Below, piece by piece: positions 10,301-21,540 of a DNA stretch of 64,000 nt. Position 1 is the first letter of the stretch. Each line of letters starts with the position of its first letter. The translations under genes were made by a program, and so were the position numbers. The stretch is from an uncultured virus (IMG/VR IMGVR_UViG_3300031840_000546). Taxonomy: Duplodnaviria > Heunggongvirae > Uroviricota > Caudoviricetes. A model generated the notes under the pieces. It saw nothing but the letters and a program-made list of their open reading frames with translations, was not told the DNA's origin and ran no database searches. The stretch is taken from IMG/VR virus record IMGVR_UViG_3300031840_000546; one strand, 5' to 3'.

Positions 10301-10896
10301 AAGGTTCACAAATCGAATCGATTCGAGTAGTAGATCAAGATATCTGCTCAGGTCTAGGATCTCTCAGAACTATAGATGTGTCAAACTCAAGTATTAAAAG
10401 TTTAAACTTAAAGTTCCGTAACGGAGATGTTGATGCTTGGTCGGATCGATTTGATGGCACTATCGGAAGACCATCAACGATTGAGGATGGGGTGCAAGAT
10501 CCGAGTGTTTTTGGTAGTTTTGCTGGTAACATTAAACACATCTATGCTCGAAACTCTACATTAAATAGGCTTTATCTTCCTCCACATAATCAGGCTCCTC
10601 AGTTGACCTGTGAAACCATAGAGGGTTTTGGTGATCCTACCAGAGATGATGAATTGGAATTGTTAGATATTAGCGGAACACAGTTAGGTATAAGTGGAAC
10701 ATTAGACTATTTCTTCTCGCAGCAAGCATTTTCTCCTGAGGGATATCCGTCTGATAAAACATTTACCGTATCTGCGAATTCAATTCGTGATGAATCTGGA
10801 AATATTTCAACTTTGTCCTTGCAGCGTTACAATGAGATATTAGAATCTTGGGACAGAGCGAACAAAAACATTGTATTGAATGTCGATATAGCATAG
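7315..10896 (+). CDS. Large protein with an FN3-like domain and C-terminal leucine-rich repeats
   Basis: Likely ATG at 7315 (MATKG) overlapping the upstream gene. FN3-like GYKVYKS...FIDEYVSPNQTYYYYVTAVD...ESPASN; LRR-like LEVLNLENNEL, IKDLNLSNNNL, LRTIDVSNSSI, LELLDISGTQL. Confidence 0.75.
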   Translation: MATKGYLDYGYDESRDSIYNFDDVGKVIDGSFLNINNSLYENNYPLHFIGFAGLGKPRLNYLSSGDEGDVGKILLPGSPGDNFVNNAPNIEGINVCENNKYTIDPDNDSVHIRFGQQSNPPNGCHFGFNTQLPPRTYKISRRVAIQVGHYQPHYFQCGEMTNAGTIPYEVSFYDEANAYSPEIQARHGGLGIAGGRYTSFRSGQPSACGVPDSVPDVASPNDFVVAMTNADLSIYIFKEDIPDTIPTLHLIDPSWIDLYMNEDDNPDTAQATRLCYIIDQNLRPMLSTLRFTKGSGNGIINTTRYQFTDETFESYESVDLQVDTDGVHNAHNFYLDAFKSNINIPYSSFFKTTYGNRNSFFNLTRNVIPADTTLPQITLDFDSYVPTDKVLSNVDYDFRDSATRTTTFDPVTGIYPDLHVGDSGLCVILPLEDGSFGLVAIKGTGGSNVQPWYNWGFKEGLNYLLDSYGIATDDRPKYVTPQTNPFEEYTTPLSSRPSLGYKVYKSAVSENGPWYDITSQIFANNSDYHDSDDTGYRCVDNTVPCYTVHETFIDEYVSPNQTYYYYVTAVDDDGAGGYTESPASNVCFVNTPSDSQWTDERKLFVSNLNSSTNVTVTASPPNQIGFNIPSSLNRSTEYVVAEGWRGGDYENSIPFFGNVGVPPEGGIFPRPKFSSTPVFYRVDGGNANNSGIHEAPMPIESTSYPYVLGLPYSEFDPLLQNNSNNVLKMFAYNETDMSNFRNNAKILNFTKYNDNDKFQPYYHSNIAPAFTTFRNIDTFRMNPAGYGNFRVEYNENWSFSNTGQISGNYASYIGYHVGNYLSSDIAGARFLKTLELKDSAISANFDKLEYLNLPTLNNLEVLNLENNELYSIAFDGTNIVPNTIKDLNLSNNNLGSSSSAIGGKWLDDANVPNANPQNFIVVKSPNIEKVNITNNPDFRLTTTDILSELREVRASNSKGILGNLNAPKLEKIILEDTYAPALQLSKTSLLKTIDMKGSQIESIRVVDQDICSGLGSLRTIDVSNSSIKSLNLKFRNGDVDAWSDRFDGTIGRPSTIEDGVQDPSVFGSFAGNIKHIYARNSTLNRLYLPPHNQAPQLTCETIEGFGDPTRDDELELLDISGTQLGISGTLDYFFSQQAFSPEGYPSDKTFTVSANSIRDESGNISTLSLQRYNEILESWDRANKNIVLNVDIA

Positions 10897-10904
10897 GAGT
10901 GATC

Positions 10905-11390
10905 ATGAAAAAAGAAGAGGACAAGTCTTTTAAGAATTCTTCGTTAAAAGAAAAGTTAGGGATGGCTAAAAACTTCGCACAGGCGATGGTGTCGAGGGGT
11001 GTATCAAACAAAAAGGCTGATACTACAACAAAAAGACTCAGAGTTCTGAGTTGTCTTGGAAACAACGCTGAGTTACCCCCATGTGAATATCTTCGTGAAA
11101 GTTCAAAAGATCCATCTAAATCATACTGTGGTGGTTGTGGTTGTGGTGACCGCAAAGGAACTTGGTTGATAGCGGAAGCAGATGAGTATAGCAAATTAGA
11201 TTATCCAAAAGTTGTGTGTCCTTTGCAGATGCCTGGTTTTTACAATTACGAAGAAAGTGAACCAGATGAGGCGAATGATCCTGTCACGAGACGATATTAT
11301 ATCGAGCAAATGAGTGAGGAAGATGTTTCTAAGGTCAAGGTTCATATACCAGACCCCCCAGAACCAAAGTCAGAGGACAAAAAGGATTAA
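10905..11390 (+). CDS. Small Cys-motif (putative metal-binding, DUF6171-like) protein
   Basis: AGGAG SD at 10895 and ATG at 10905; motifs SC..PPC, YCGGCGCG, VCPL. Confidence 0.65.
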   Translation: MKKEEDKSFKNSSLKEKLGMAKNFAQAMVSRGVSNKKADTTTKRLRVLSCLGNNAELPPCEYLRESSKDPSKSYCGGCGCGDRKGTWLIAEADEYSKLDYPKVVCPLQMPGFYNYEESEPDEANDPVTRRYYIEQMSEEDVSKVKVHIPDPPEPKSEDKKD

Positions 11391-11400
11391 TACTCTGCCT

Positions 11401-11408
11401 TATACATA
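11401..11408 (+). promoter_or_regulatory. T4-type late promoter variant TATACATA
   Basis: One mismatch to TATAAATA, in the short intergenic gap before gp13. Confidence 0.7.
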
Positions 11409-11425
11409 ATTAGAAGGAGTTATGT

Positions 11426-12232
11426 ATGGCAGCACCCTATTCCGCTGATACCTTAATCGACTATGCTTTTCGTCGATTGGGATCACCTGTTATCGAAATA
11501 AATGTTGATCGTCAGCAAGCAGAAGAAAGACTTGATGATGCTTTACAGTATTTTTCAGAAAGGCACTTTGACGGTGTTGAGAGACACTATTATACGCACA
11601 AAGTAACTGGAGATGATCGAACAAGAGGGTTTATCGATCTAAGTGGACTTACATCAGGTAGTGCAGGTGGTTACACAGGCGCACCAGCAGGGTCAAATAT
11701 TTTAACTGTAAATAAAGTTGTTCCTTTTGGGTCTGCGACATCTAACATGTTTAATGTTCGTTACCAAATGTCTTTACATGACTATTTTGGTATCAATAGA
11801 TCTACACACTATGGTGTTGGTCTAGGTTTAGCGTCATACGACTCGACTAAGAGTTTTATAAACCTAGTTGAGCAATTGTTTGATACTGAGAAAAACTTCA
11901 GATTTAGTAAGGTTACGAACAGATTATACGTTGATATGAATTGGGAAGAGGATATCGACGTAGGTGATTTTATATTCTTTGAAGCATATGCGAAGTTAGA
12001 TCCAACAGAGTTTACTGAAATCTACAATGATAGACTACTCAAAGAATATGTTACTGCACTTATAAAACGACAGTGGGGTTCAAACCTCTCTAAATTTGAC
12101 GGTGTTCAGTTGCCTGGTGGTGTAACCATACGAGGTGCGGATATATTTAACGAGGCAAACGAAGAGGTAAGAAACATCGAGGAGAGGGTTCTTCAGGAAT
12201 ATGAACTCCCCGTTGATTTCTTCATAGCGTGA
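11426..12232 (+). CDS. gp13: Neck protein gp13
   Basis: LIDYAFRRLGSPVIEINVD...EERLDDALQYF...LKEYVTALIKRQWGSNLSKFDGVQLPGG; T4 synteny. Confidence 0.95.
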   Translation: MAAPYSADTLIDYAFRRLGSPVIEINVDRQQAEERLDDALQYFSERHFDGVERHYYTHKVTGDDRTRGFIDLSGLTSGSAGGYTGAPAGSNILTVNKVVPFGSATSNMFNVRYQMSLHDYFGINRSTHYGVGLGLASYDSTKSFINLVEQLFDTEKNFRFSKVTNRLYVDMNWEEDIDVGDFIFFEAYAKLDPTEFTEIYNDRLLKEYVTALIKRQWGSNLSKFDGVQLPGGVTIRGADIFNEANEEVRNIEERVLQEYELPVDFFIA

Positions 12233-12239
12233 GGTAAAC

Positions 12240-12902
12240 ATGCCACGAAATCCATACTTCAAAGATTACACAGGTGAGCAAAATGTCACGGAGGACATCA
12301 CCATTGAAATGATCCAAACAACGGGTCGTGACATGGTATACATTCCTAGAAACAGAATCACTAAAGATGATCTTTTTGGTGAAGACACCTCTACTAAATT
12401 TGACGCAGGATACAATCTAGAGATGTATATCCAAACCGTAGATGGTTTTGAAGGTGAAGGTGATGTAGTATCACAATATGGATTACAGATTAAGGATCGT
12501 ATCGATCTCATAGTCGCTCGTAAAAGATTTGAAGAGGAAGTAAAACTAAATACGGGTCAGACAAGACCGCTTGAAGGTGATTTGATTTTCTTTCCATTGA
12601 GCAAGACGCTATTTGAGATAAATTTTGTTGAACACGAAAACCCATTTTATCAACTGGGAAAACTCTACACTTACTTGTTAAGATGTGAAGTGTTTACATA
12701 TGATGCTGGACAGGAGATTGACACAGGTATTGCTGATGTAGATCAAATCGAAGATGATATCAAATCTATCGATGGTAATGACATCACTATTCAAGACACT
12801 GTTGATGGAACATCATCTGGAGACAACGATACATTCGATTCATTAGACGATGACATCTTTGACTTTAGCGAAAGCGATCCATTCTCAGAGGGTAGTTACT
12901 GA
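12240..12902 (+). CDS. gp14: Neck/head completion protein gp14
   Basis: RPLEGDLIFFP...FEINFVEHENPFYQLGK; C-terminal DFSESDPF; synteny. Confidence 0.95.
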   Translation: MPRNPYFKDYTGEQNVTEDITIEMIQTTGRDMVYIPRNRITKDDLFGEDTSTKFDAGYNLEMYIQTVDGFEGEGDVVSQYGLQIKDRIDLIVARKRFEEEVKLNTGQTRPLEGDLIFFPLSKTLFEINFVEHENPFYQLGKLYTYLLRCEVFTYDAGQEIDTGIADVDQIEDDIKSIDGNDITIQDTVDGTSSGDNDTFDSLDDDIFDFSESDPFSEGSY

Positions 12903-13783
12903 TGTTTCGTCCATTTTACAATGAGTCTATTCGTAAACTGATCGTAGCGTTCGGATCATTATTTAATAACATTCGTATTTCTAGCACTAACTCTAGTGGA
13001 GTAGAGCAGTTTATAAAAGTTCCCTTATCTTACGGTCCAAAAGAAAAATTTATTCGTCGCATCGAAGAGGACAGTTCAATTGGTAACAACAGTAAAGTTC
13101 AAATGACTTTGCCTCGTTTAGGTTTCAATATAACCGACATGTCGTATGATGGTGCTAGAAAAAGAAATACGTTACAGAAAAGATTTTATGTAGAGACAGG
13201 CTCCACAGGTGGACATCCTGCATATGAATTTGCTGAGGTTCCGTACAACTTTAACGTATCGTTATATGGTTTCACCCGTTCAATGACAGATGCCTTACAA
13301 ATTACTGAGCAAATACTACCCTACTTTACTCCTGAGTTCAACGTTACTGTTAACTTTGACAAAGATGTTCATCCTAAAGTTGACATACCAATTATTTTAA
13401 ATAACGTGACGATGGAGGAGGAATATGAGGGTGATTTGGATGAGAGAAGAAGAATAACCACACAGTATGACTTTAACGTAAAATCATATGTATTCGGTGA
13501 GAGAAAACGGTCGAATGTTATTCTATACACAGAGTCTACATTCTTCGAATTAGTTGGGGATAACTACCTTAATGCAGGACCGACTGGTGCGATTAGTAGA
13601 GTTGATGTAGGAGTCAGCGGACCATCGAGCGGAACTGGTGGGTTTAGTGCATCTAACTTTATTACATACACCAACACATATTCAGTGGGACCATCTGGTT
13701 CAGGATTTACGTCTGGAACGAGATATATTGACTTTGAGGGTAATACATATGAGGGTGCAACATTTAACCCACCCAATCCATAA
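12902..13783 (+). CDS. gp15: Tail terminator / sheath stabilizer gp15
   Basis: FYNESIRKLIVAFGSLFNNI...KVPLSYGPKEKF...QITEQILPYFTPEF. Confidence 0.95.
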   Translation: MFRPFYNESIRKLIVAFGSLFNNIRISSTNSSGVEQFIKVPLSYGPKEKFIRRIEEDSSIGNNSKVQMTLPRLGFNITDMSYDGARKRNTLQKRFYVETGSTGGHPAYEFAEVPYNFNVSLYGFTRSMTDALQITEQILPYFTPEFNVTVNFDKDVHPKVDIPIILNNVTMEEEYEGDLDERRRITTQYDFNVKSYVFGERKRSNVILYTESTFFELVGDNYLNAGPTGAISRVDVGVSGPSSGTGGFSASNFITYTNTYSVGPSGSGFTSGTRYIDFEGNTYEGATFNPPNP

Positions 13784-13790
13784 GGAATGA

Positions 13791-15903
<2,113 letters not shown>

Positions 15904-15921
15904 CTCCTAAATTAGCAAAAC

Positions 15922-15929
15922 TATAAATA
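15922..15929 (+). promoter_or_regulatory. T4 late promoter TATAAATA
   Basis: Exact consensus upstream of gp18. Confidence 0.85.
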
Positions 15930-15972
15930 TCATGAAGCGTTTCTATTGATGAAGTCTTAAAAGGAGAAGAAA

Positions 15973-17970
15973 ATGCCATTTAGCATCAGCCCATCTGTTA
16001 CAATCACAGAACGAGATCTTAGTTCGATTATTCCACAAATCGCAACCACGACGGGTGCATTTGTTGGTCGATTTGATAAAGGACCAGTCGATACCATTGT
16101 AGATATTGACAGCGAAAGAACATTGTCTGAAGTTTTTGGTAATCCATCACCCGATGAAAGAGGTGTTGATTGGTTTGTTGCTGCAAACTTCTTAAATTAC
16201 AGTGATAAATTGAAAGTTGTTAGAGTTGATGAGAGTGATGGTGCATTCTACACTGGAGCATTTGGTGGACTGACTGCTGCTAGTCTGGAAAATGGACAAG
16301 CATATTGTGGCGCAGGAACTAGTGGTGGATTTTTAGTCGCAACGGCAGATCGAGCAAATCTGACCGCAAAAGAGCCTGGTGTTTTAGGAAACGGTCTTAG
16401 GGTTGTTGTTTTCCCCGCAGGAAACGACCCATTCGAAACAAACTTAAACTCTGATGATTTAGGATTTAGTGGTGGTGTTGGCACTGCCTTGAATATTCCT
16501 AATTTTGATCCTCAAGCGGAAGCAAATTTATTCTCGTATGTTCCGACTACAACTGCAAAAGTTAAAGAATCTGTTGATAATGGTATCTTTACGGGCGGAA
16601 TAACTCAAGATGAAGTTCACTTTGCTGTGATTGATCAGTTGGGACTGTATAACGAAACGAGTGGTGGTTTTGGAGTCACTGGTGCAGTTCTTGAGAAATT
16701 TGAAGGTCTTTCTCTCTGGAGAGGCGTTTATGACTCAACAGGTAGAAGTATTTACTACAAAGACTATATCAATTCAAATTCTGAATACATTCAAATTGAA
16801 GAAAGTGTTCATAGATCACTCTTCAATGCACAAAAAGAGTTCGGTGGTGCTAGTGGTGGTGATCCACTTTGGTCACCAACATCGTCTTTTGTGTATGGAC
16901 CACTGGGTGTGACCGCAAACGAAGATGATGTGAATACAGGTAATGGTAGACCAAGATATCAAGCGTACAACGCTACGCTTGCTGGTGGTGCTGCTGCTGG
17001 TGTTACCTACCCATACGAGGGTGTGGGTTCGAACCCAAGTTTCAATGCTGACGTAAACCCACACAGGTATGCGATTCAAGCAGCATACGAGAAACACTTT
17101 GGTGATGCTGATTCGGTGGATATTGACTTACTCATCGGTGGCGCTGCTGAAGGACAGATCTCGAAGAAACTGATTGAGATTGCAGAGAGAAGAAAAGACT
17201 GCGTTGCATTCATTTCTCCTCCATCGTCTCCTGCTGGAACTGAATTTAATGATATCTCATATCAAAGTTCATTACAGGGTTTCTCTGGTGCTGATGCAGT
17301 CACATCTTACAGAAACACTCAGGGATTCAACTCATCTTACGCTGTCATGGACAGCGGTTGGAAGCAAATGTATGACACATATAACGACCGACTGAGATGG
17401 ACCCCATTGAACGCTGATGTTGCTGGTATTGTCGCTCGAACCGAAAATACCACCGCACCATTCTTCTCACCTGCTGGTTTCAATAGAGGTCGAGTGCAAG
17501 GTGTTGTAAATCTTGCATTCAATCCTAATAAGGCTGCTAGAGATAAACTCTATGCCTTAGGAATCAACCCTGTTGTATCTTTCCCAGGCGAAGGTGCTGT
17601 TCTCTTCGGAGATAAAACACTTCAACGAAGAGGTTCTGCATTAGATCGCATCAACGTGCGTAGATTGATGATTTCTCTTGAGAAAGCAATCTCCACTGCT
17701 GCGAAGTTCCAGTTGTTTGAGTTCAATGACGCATTTACACGAAGCAGTTTCATCGCATCAGTTGAACCATTCTTGCGTAGAGTGAAAGCAGAAAGAGGAG
17801 TTGATGACTTCAGAGTTGTGTGTGATGAAACAAACAACACTACACAAGTTATCGATTCAAATAGATTTGTTGCTGATATCTTCATTAAACCTGCGCGTTC
17901 AGTTAACTTTATCAACCTGAATTTCAGTGTCCTGAGATCAGACGCTACATTTAGCGAAAGTGTAACATAA
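15973..17970 (+). CDS. gp18: Tail sheath protein gp18
   Basis: SPSVTITERDLS...GAFVGRFDKGP...FSPAGFNRG...DRINVRRL...KPARSVNFINLNF. Confidence 0.97.
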   Translation: MPFSISPSVTITERDLSSIIPQIATTTGAFVGRFDKGPVDTIVDIDSERTLSEVFGNPSPDERGVDWFVAANFLNYSDKLKVVRVDESDGAFYTGAFGGLTAASLENGQAYCGAGTSGGFLVATADRANLTAKEPGVLGNGLRVVVFPAGNDPFETNLNSDDLGFSGGVGTALNIPNFDPQAEANLFSYVPTTTAKVKESVDNGIFTGGITQDEVHFAVIDQLGLYNETSGGFGVTGAVLEKFEGLSLWRGVYDSTGRSIYYKDYINSNSEYIQIEESVHRSLFNAQKEFGGASGGDPLWSPTSSFVYGPLGVTANEDDVNTGNGRPRYQAYNATLAGGAAAGVTYPYEGVGSNPSFNADVNPHRYAIQAAYEKHFGDADSVDIDLLIGGAAEGQISKKLIEIAERRKDCVAFISPPSSPAGTEFNDISYQSSLQGFSGADAVTSYRNTQGFNSSYAVMDSGWKQMYDTYNDRLRWTPLNADVAGIVARTENTTAPFFSPAGFNRGRVQGVVNLAFNPNKAARDKLYALGINPVVSFPGEGAVLFGDKTLQRRGSALDRINVRRLMISLEKAISTAAKFQLFEFNDAFTRSSFIASVEPFLRRVKAERGVDDFRVVCDETNNTTQVIDSNRFVADIFIKPARSVNFINLNFSVLRSDATFSESVT

Positions 17971-17983
17971 CGGCAAAAACTCT

Positions 17984-17991
17984 TATAAATA
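17984..17991 (+). promoter_or_regulatory. T4 late promoter TATAAATA
   Basis: Exact consensus upstream of gp19. Confidence 0.85.
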
Positions 17992-18009
17992 TAGAGAAAG
18001 GAAGATTAA

Positions 18010-18534
18010 ATGACAACAATTAACGAGTTTTCACAAGCGTTTGGTCAGGGACAAAGATCAACACTTTTCCAAGTGAGAGGTGAGATCCCAGGCTCAAGCA
18101 CGAATCAAACTGAGAGAACTTTCTTTATTAAGTCTGCTCAATACCCTGCATCGACGATTGGTTTTATCGAGGTTCCGTTCAAAGGTCGTAAAATTAAAAG
18201 ACCTGGCGACAGAACGTTTGCTGAGTGGTCACTTACTGTTGTTCAAGACGCTGACAACAGAATTCGTGAGGACTTCATTGGTTGGATGAACCAATTGAAC
18301 TCTCATGAAAATATCACAGGTGCAACGCCTGGACCTGCTTTGTTCCCAACGTGGACCATCGAGGCTCTCCAGCAAGATGATTCAATCTCAGGTGGTCAAG
18401 GAATTCAACTCATCAATTGCTTCCCAACCGAGGTTGGAACACTTGAATTTAATTATGAAACAGTCGATACCTTTGCGGAGTTTACAGTAACACTTCAATA
18501 TGATTACTGGACCTCTCAAAAGTCTAACGACTAA
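18010..18534 (+). CDS. gp19: Tail tube protein gp19
   Basis: IEVPFKGRKIKRPGDRTFAEWSLTV...EFTVTLQYDYW. Confidence 0.95.
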   Translation: MTTINEFSQAFGQGQRSTLFQVRGEIPGSSTNQTERTFFIKSAQYPASTIGFIEVPFKGRKIKRPGDRTFAEWSLTVVQDADNRIREDFIGWMNQLNSHENITGATPGPALFPTWTIEALQQDDSISGGQGIQLINCFPTEVGTLEFNYETVDTFAEFTVTLQYDYWTSQKSND

Positions 18535-18549
18535 TAAAGGATTTATATT

Positions 18550-20097
18550 ATGCCGATTGACTTATTTGGTTTCTCTATCGGAAGAAAAGGTAGAGAAGCC
18601 CCGAAACCTATAGACTCGAATACCGAGGGCGGTGAAGGTTTATCCTTCGTCGCCCCCGATTCGTATGATGGTACAATCAACGTTGAAGCGGGTGGTATTT
18701 TTGGTCACTACGTCAACTTTGATGAGCAAGTAAAAAACGAGTATGATCTTATACAAAGATACAGAGCGATGGCGATGTATCCAGAGGTTGACATCGCAAT
18801 CACGGACATCGTAAATGATGCATTGGTGATGGATGAATCAAAAAGACCTGTAGAACTCATACTTGAAAATGTTAAACTGTCAGACAACATCAAGAATAAG
18901 GTTCAAGAAGAATTTGAAACAGTGCTGAGTCTTTACGATTTTAACAATAAAGCATATGACTTATTTCGCCGTTGGTATGTGGATAGCAAACTTTACTACC
19001 ATATTATTATTGATGACTCAAACCCAAAACTTGGTATTAAAGAGTTAAGACCGATTGATCCTCTTAAGATCAATAAGGTCAGAAAGGTAGAGAAAGACAC
19101 CGTTAGAAAAAATGGAGGGTCTTTTCCTGTTATAAAGGGAGTCGAAGAGTTTTACATCTATAAAGAAACAGATAAGAACTCTTTAACACCAACTCCACAA
19201 ACAGGATTGAAGATCTCACCTGATTCTATAATTTACTGTCACTCTGGTCTTATCGAATATGGAAATAAGCGAGTCGTTGGATACTTAAGTAAAGCGATTC
19301 GTCCATTGAACATGCTTCGACAGATCGAAGATTCTGTTGTCATTTACAGAATGTCAAGAGCGCCTGAGCGTAGAGTATTTTATATCGATGTCGGTAACCT
19401 ACCAAAAGATAAAGCCGAGCAGTATATGAGAAGTCAGATGACTCGGTATCGTAATAAGATTACTTATGATCAAAACACAGGTGAAATGCGTGATGATCGT
19501 AGACACTCATCCATACTTGAGGACTATTGGTTACCACGAAGAGAGGGTGGTCGTGGAACAGAAATCACATCACTCGATGGTGGTCAAAACTTGGGTGAAA
19601 TGGAGGATGTCGAATACTTCATGCGAAAGTTATATCGTGCATTAAACGTTCCACCGTCAAGACTTGATGCTGAAAACGGTTTCAATATGGGTCGATCCGC
19701 TGAGATCACTAGAGACGAAGTTAAGTTCTTTAGATTTATTGATCGACTTCGTAACCGATTCGCAGACTTATTATTACAAACTCTTCGAACACAACTTATT
19801 CTTAGAGGTGTGATGAAGAAAGAGGATTGGGATTCTATCTCACAAGATATTAGTTTCAAATTCAAAACAGAGTCTTACTTCCATGAACTGAAAGAAACAG
19901 AAATGTTGAAAGAAAGAATGGAAATTCTTCGTGACATGGATGATGTTGTTGGTAAATACTATTCAGTTGAATGGGTGAGAAAGAACGTTCTTAAGCAAAC
20001 TGATGAAGAAATTAAAGAAATGGACAAGCAGATGAAGTCTGAAACTGATGCAGGCATTATTGGTGGTGATGATGAGGAGGAACCAGATGAACGATAA
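18550..20097 (+). CDS. gp20: Portal vertex protein gp20
   Basis: RAPERRVFYIDVGNLPKDKAEQY...EDYWLPRREGGRGTEI...EITRDEVKF. Confidence 0.97.
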   Translation: MPIDLFGFSIGRKGREAPKPIDSNTEGGEGLSFVAPDSYDGTINVEAGGIFGHYVNFDEQVKNEYDLIQRYRAMAMYPEVDIAITDIVNDALVMDESKRPVELILENVKLSDNIKNKVQEEFETVLSLYDFNNKAYDLFRRWYVDSKLYYHIIIDDSNPKLGIKELRPIDPLKINKVRKVEKDTVRKNGGSFPVIKGVEEFYIYKETDKNSLTPTPQTGLKISPDSIIYCHSGLIEYGNKRVVGYLSKAIRPLNMLRQIEDSVVIYRMSRAPERRVFYIDVGNLPKDKAEQYMRSQMTRYRNKITYDQNTGEMRDDRRHSSILEDYWLPRREGGRGTEITSLDGGQNLGEMEDVEYFMRKLYRALNVPPSRLDAENGFNMGRSAEITRDEVKFFRFIDRLRNRFADLLLQTLRTQLILRGVMKKEDWDSISQDISFKFKTESYFHELKETEMLKERMEILRDMDDVVGKYYSVEWVRKNVLKQTDEEIKEMDKQMKSETDAGIIGGDDEEEPDER

Positions 20098-20266
20098 TAT
20101 TCGTAACATGTTGCAGTATAGTTTAATTGGTAATGAGGATGAGTTTAAACAGGCTTTTGAAACAGAAGTCAATGATCGTATCGCTGATAAACTAGCACAA
20201 AGACACGTTGATATCACATCAAACATTTTACAAAACGAACAAGAGCAAGAAACCGAAGAAGAATAA
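20087..20266 (+). CDS. Small acidic protein, prohead core (gp67 position)
   Basis: GAGGAGG SD then ATG at 20087; position between gp20 and gp21. Confidence 0.6.
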   Translation: MNDNIRNMLQYSLIGNEDEFKQAFETEVNDRIADKLAQRHVDITSNILQNEQEQETEEE

Positions 20267-20302
20267 TTTTTTTTTCTAAATATAGTAGAAAAGGGAGAAG
20301 TT

Positions 20303-20842
20303 ATGTTATCAAAAGACATCTTAGATCATATTGTTAATGGTAATTCCACGGAAGCACGGAACATGACTGTTAACTTACTTCAAGCAAAGTTGAGTGAACT
20401 CATGGCACAAAAGTATGATGAGGTCGCTCCTACTGTATTTGGTGAAACCAAAAAAGAACAAAAGAAAGCACCTGTCACAGATAAAGATGACGATGGTGAA
20501 GGTATGGACCCAGTTGGTCAAGAAGACGACGATGTTGATAATGACGGTGATTCTGATAGCAGTGATAAGTATCTGAAGAATCGTCGTAAAGTCGTAACAA
20601 AAGCAGTAAAACAGGATGAACAAGTTGGTGCTAGATCTGCTGGTATGCAACGTGGTGGAAGGAAAACGTACGGTGTTCGTGATGTTGAATTCAAAGGCGC
20701 TAGTCCAGAGCAACAATCACGAATGAAGACTCGTTATTATCAAGACAAAGAGAGACAAACCAGAGACGCTGAAAGAGAACGCAAACAAAAACAAAGAGAA
20801 AGAGAAGCAAAGCAACGTGAGAGAGGAGTAAGACCAGCATGA
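20303..20842 (+). CDS. Putative prohead core/internal protein with DxDxDG-like motif
   Basis: TCTAAATA late-promoter-like site at 20275; DPVGQEDDDVDNDGDSDSSDKYLKNRR; position before gp21. Confidence 0.65.
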   Translation: MLSKDILDHIVNGNSTEARNMTVNLLQAKLSELMAQKYDEVAPTVFGETKKEQKKAPVTDKDDDGEGMDPVGQEDDDVDNDGDSDSSDKYLKNRRKVVTKAVKQDEQVGARSAGMQRGGRKTYGVRDVEFKGASPEQQSRMKTRYYQDKERQTRDAERERKQKQREREAKQRERGVRPA

Positions 20843-21489
20843 AACTCATCACAGAAATGACCGAAGATATTCAGATTGTGACTGAAACCATCGATGAAGG
20901 TAAAGGTCGAGAACACTTTATTGAAGGTGTTTTTATGCAATCAAATCTTAAGAACAGAAATGGTCGTGTATATCCTAGAGAAACCTTGATGAATGAGGTT
21001 GCTCGATACAATAAAGAATATGTGAGTAAGAATCGTGCGATGGGTGAACTAAATCACCCACAAGGACCAACTGTAAATCTCGATAGAGTTTCGCATATCA
21101 TAAAAGAACTTCGTCCTGACGGAGATAACGTTTATGGTAAGGCGAAAATCATGGAAACCCCTATGGGTAAAATCGCTAAGAACTTAATCGATGAGGGTGC
21201 GAAACTCGGTGTTTCATCTCGCGGTATGGGTTCACTCAAACAAAACAAAGATGGTGAAAACGAAGTTCAAAAAGACTTCATGCTCGCCGCTGTAGATATT
21301 GTCGCTGATCCATCTGCTCCTAATGCCTTCGTTGAAGGAATCATGGAAGGTAGAGAGTGGGTTTGGGATAATGGTATTCTCAAAGAAAAGCATATTGCTG
21401 AATATGAGAAAGAGATAGAGTCTGCATCTAAAGCAGATCTCGAAGAAAAGAAACTTGAGATATGGACGGACTTTATCTCAAAACTGTGA
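20839..21489 (+). CDS. gp21: Prohead protease gp21
   Basis: MKLITE...IEGVFMQ..KNRNGRVYP...GELNHP...GVSSRGMGSL...DIVADPSAPNAFV. Confidence 0.97.
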   Translation: MKLITEMTEDIQIVTETIDEGKGREHFIEGVFMQSNLKNRNGRVYPRETLMNEVARYNKEYVSKNRAMGELNHPQGPTVNLDRVSHIIKELRPDGDNVYGKAKIMETPMGKIAKNLIDEGAKLGVSSRGMGSLKQNKDGENEVQKDFMLAAVDIVADPSAPNAFVEGIMEGREWVWDNGILKEKHIAEYEKEIESASKADLEEKKLEIWTDFISKL

Positions 21490-21492
21490 ATT

Positions 21493-21500
21493 TATAAATA
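21493..21500 (+). promoter_or_regulatory. T4 late promoter TATAAATA
   Basis: Exact consensus upstream of gp22. Confidence 0.85.
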
Positions 21501-21540
21501 GAGAGACTTTAGCCACAATCTTTAAAGGAGAGACACTAAG

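Noticed and set aside
20267..20275. T-run after the small core gene as a terminator or slippage site
   Set aside because: No preceding stem; intergenic and adjacent to a late-promoter-like site.
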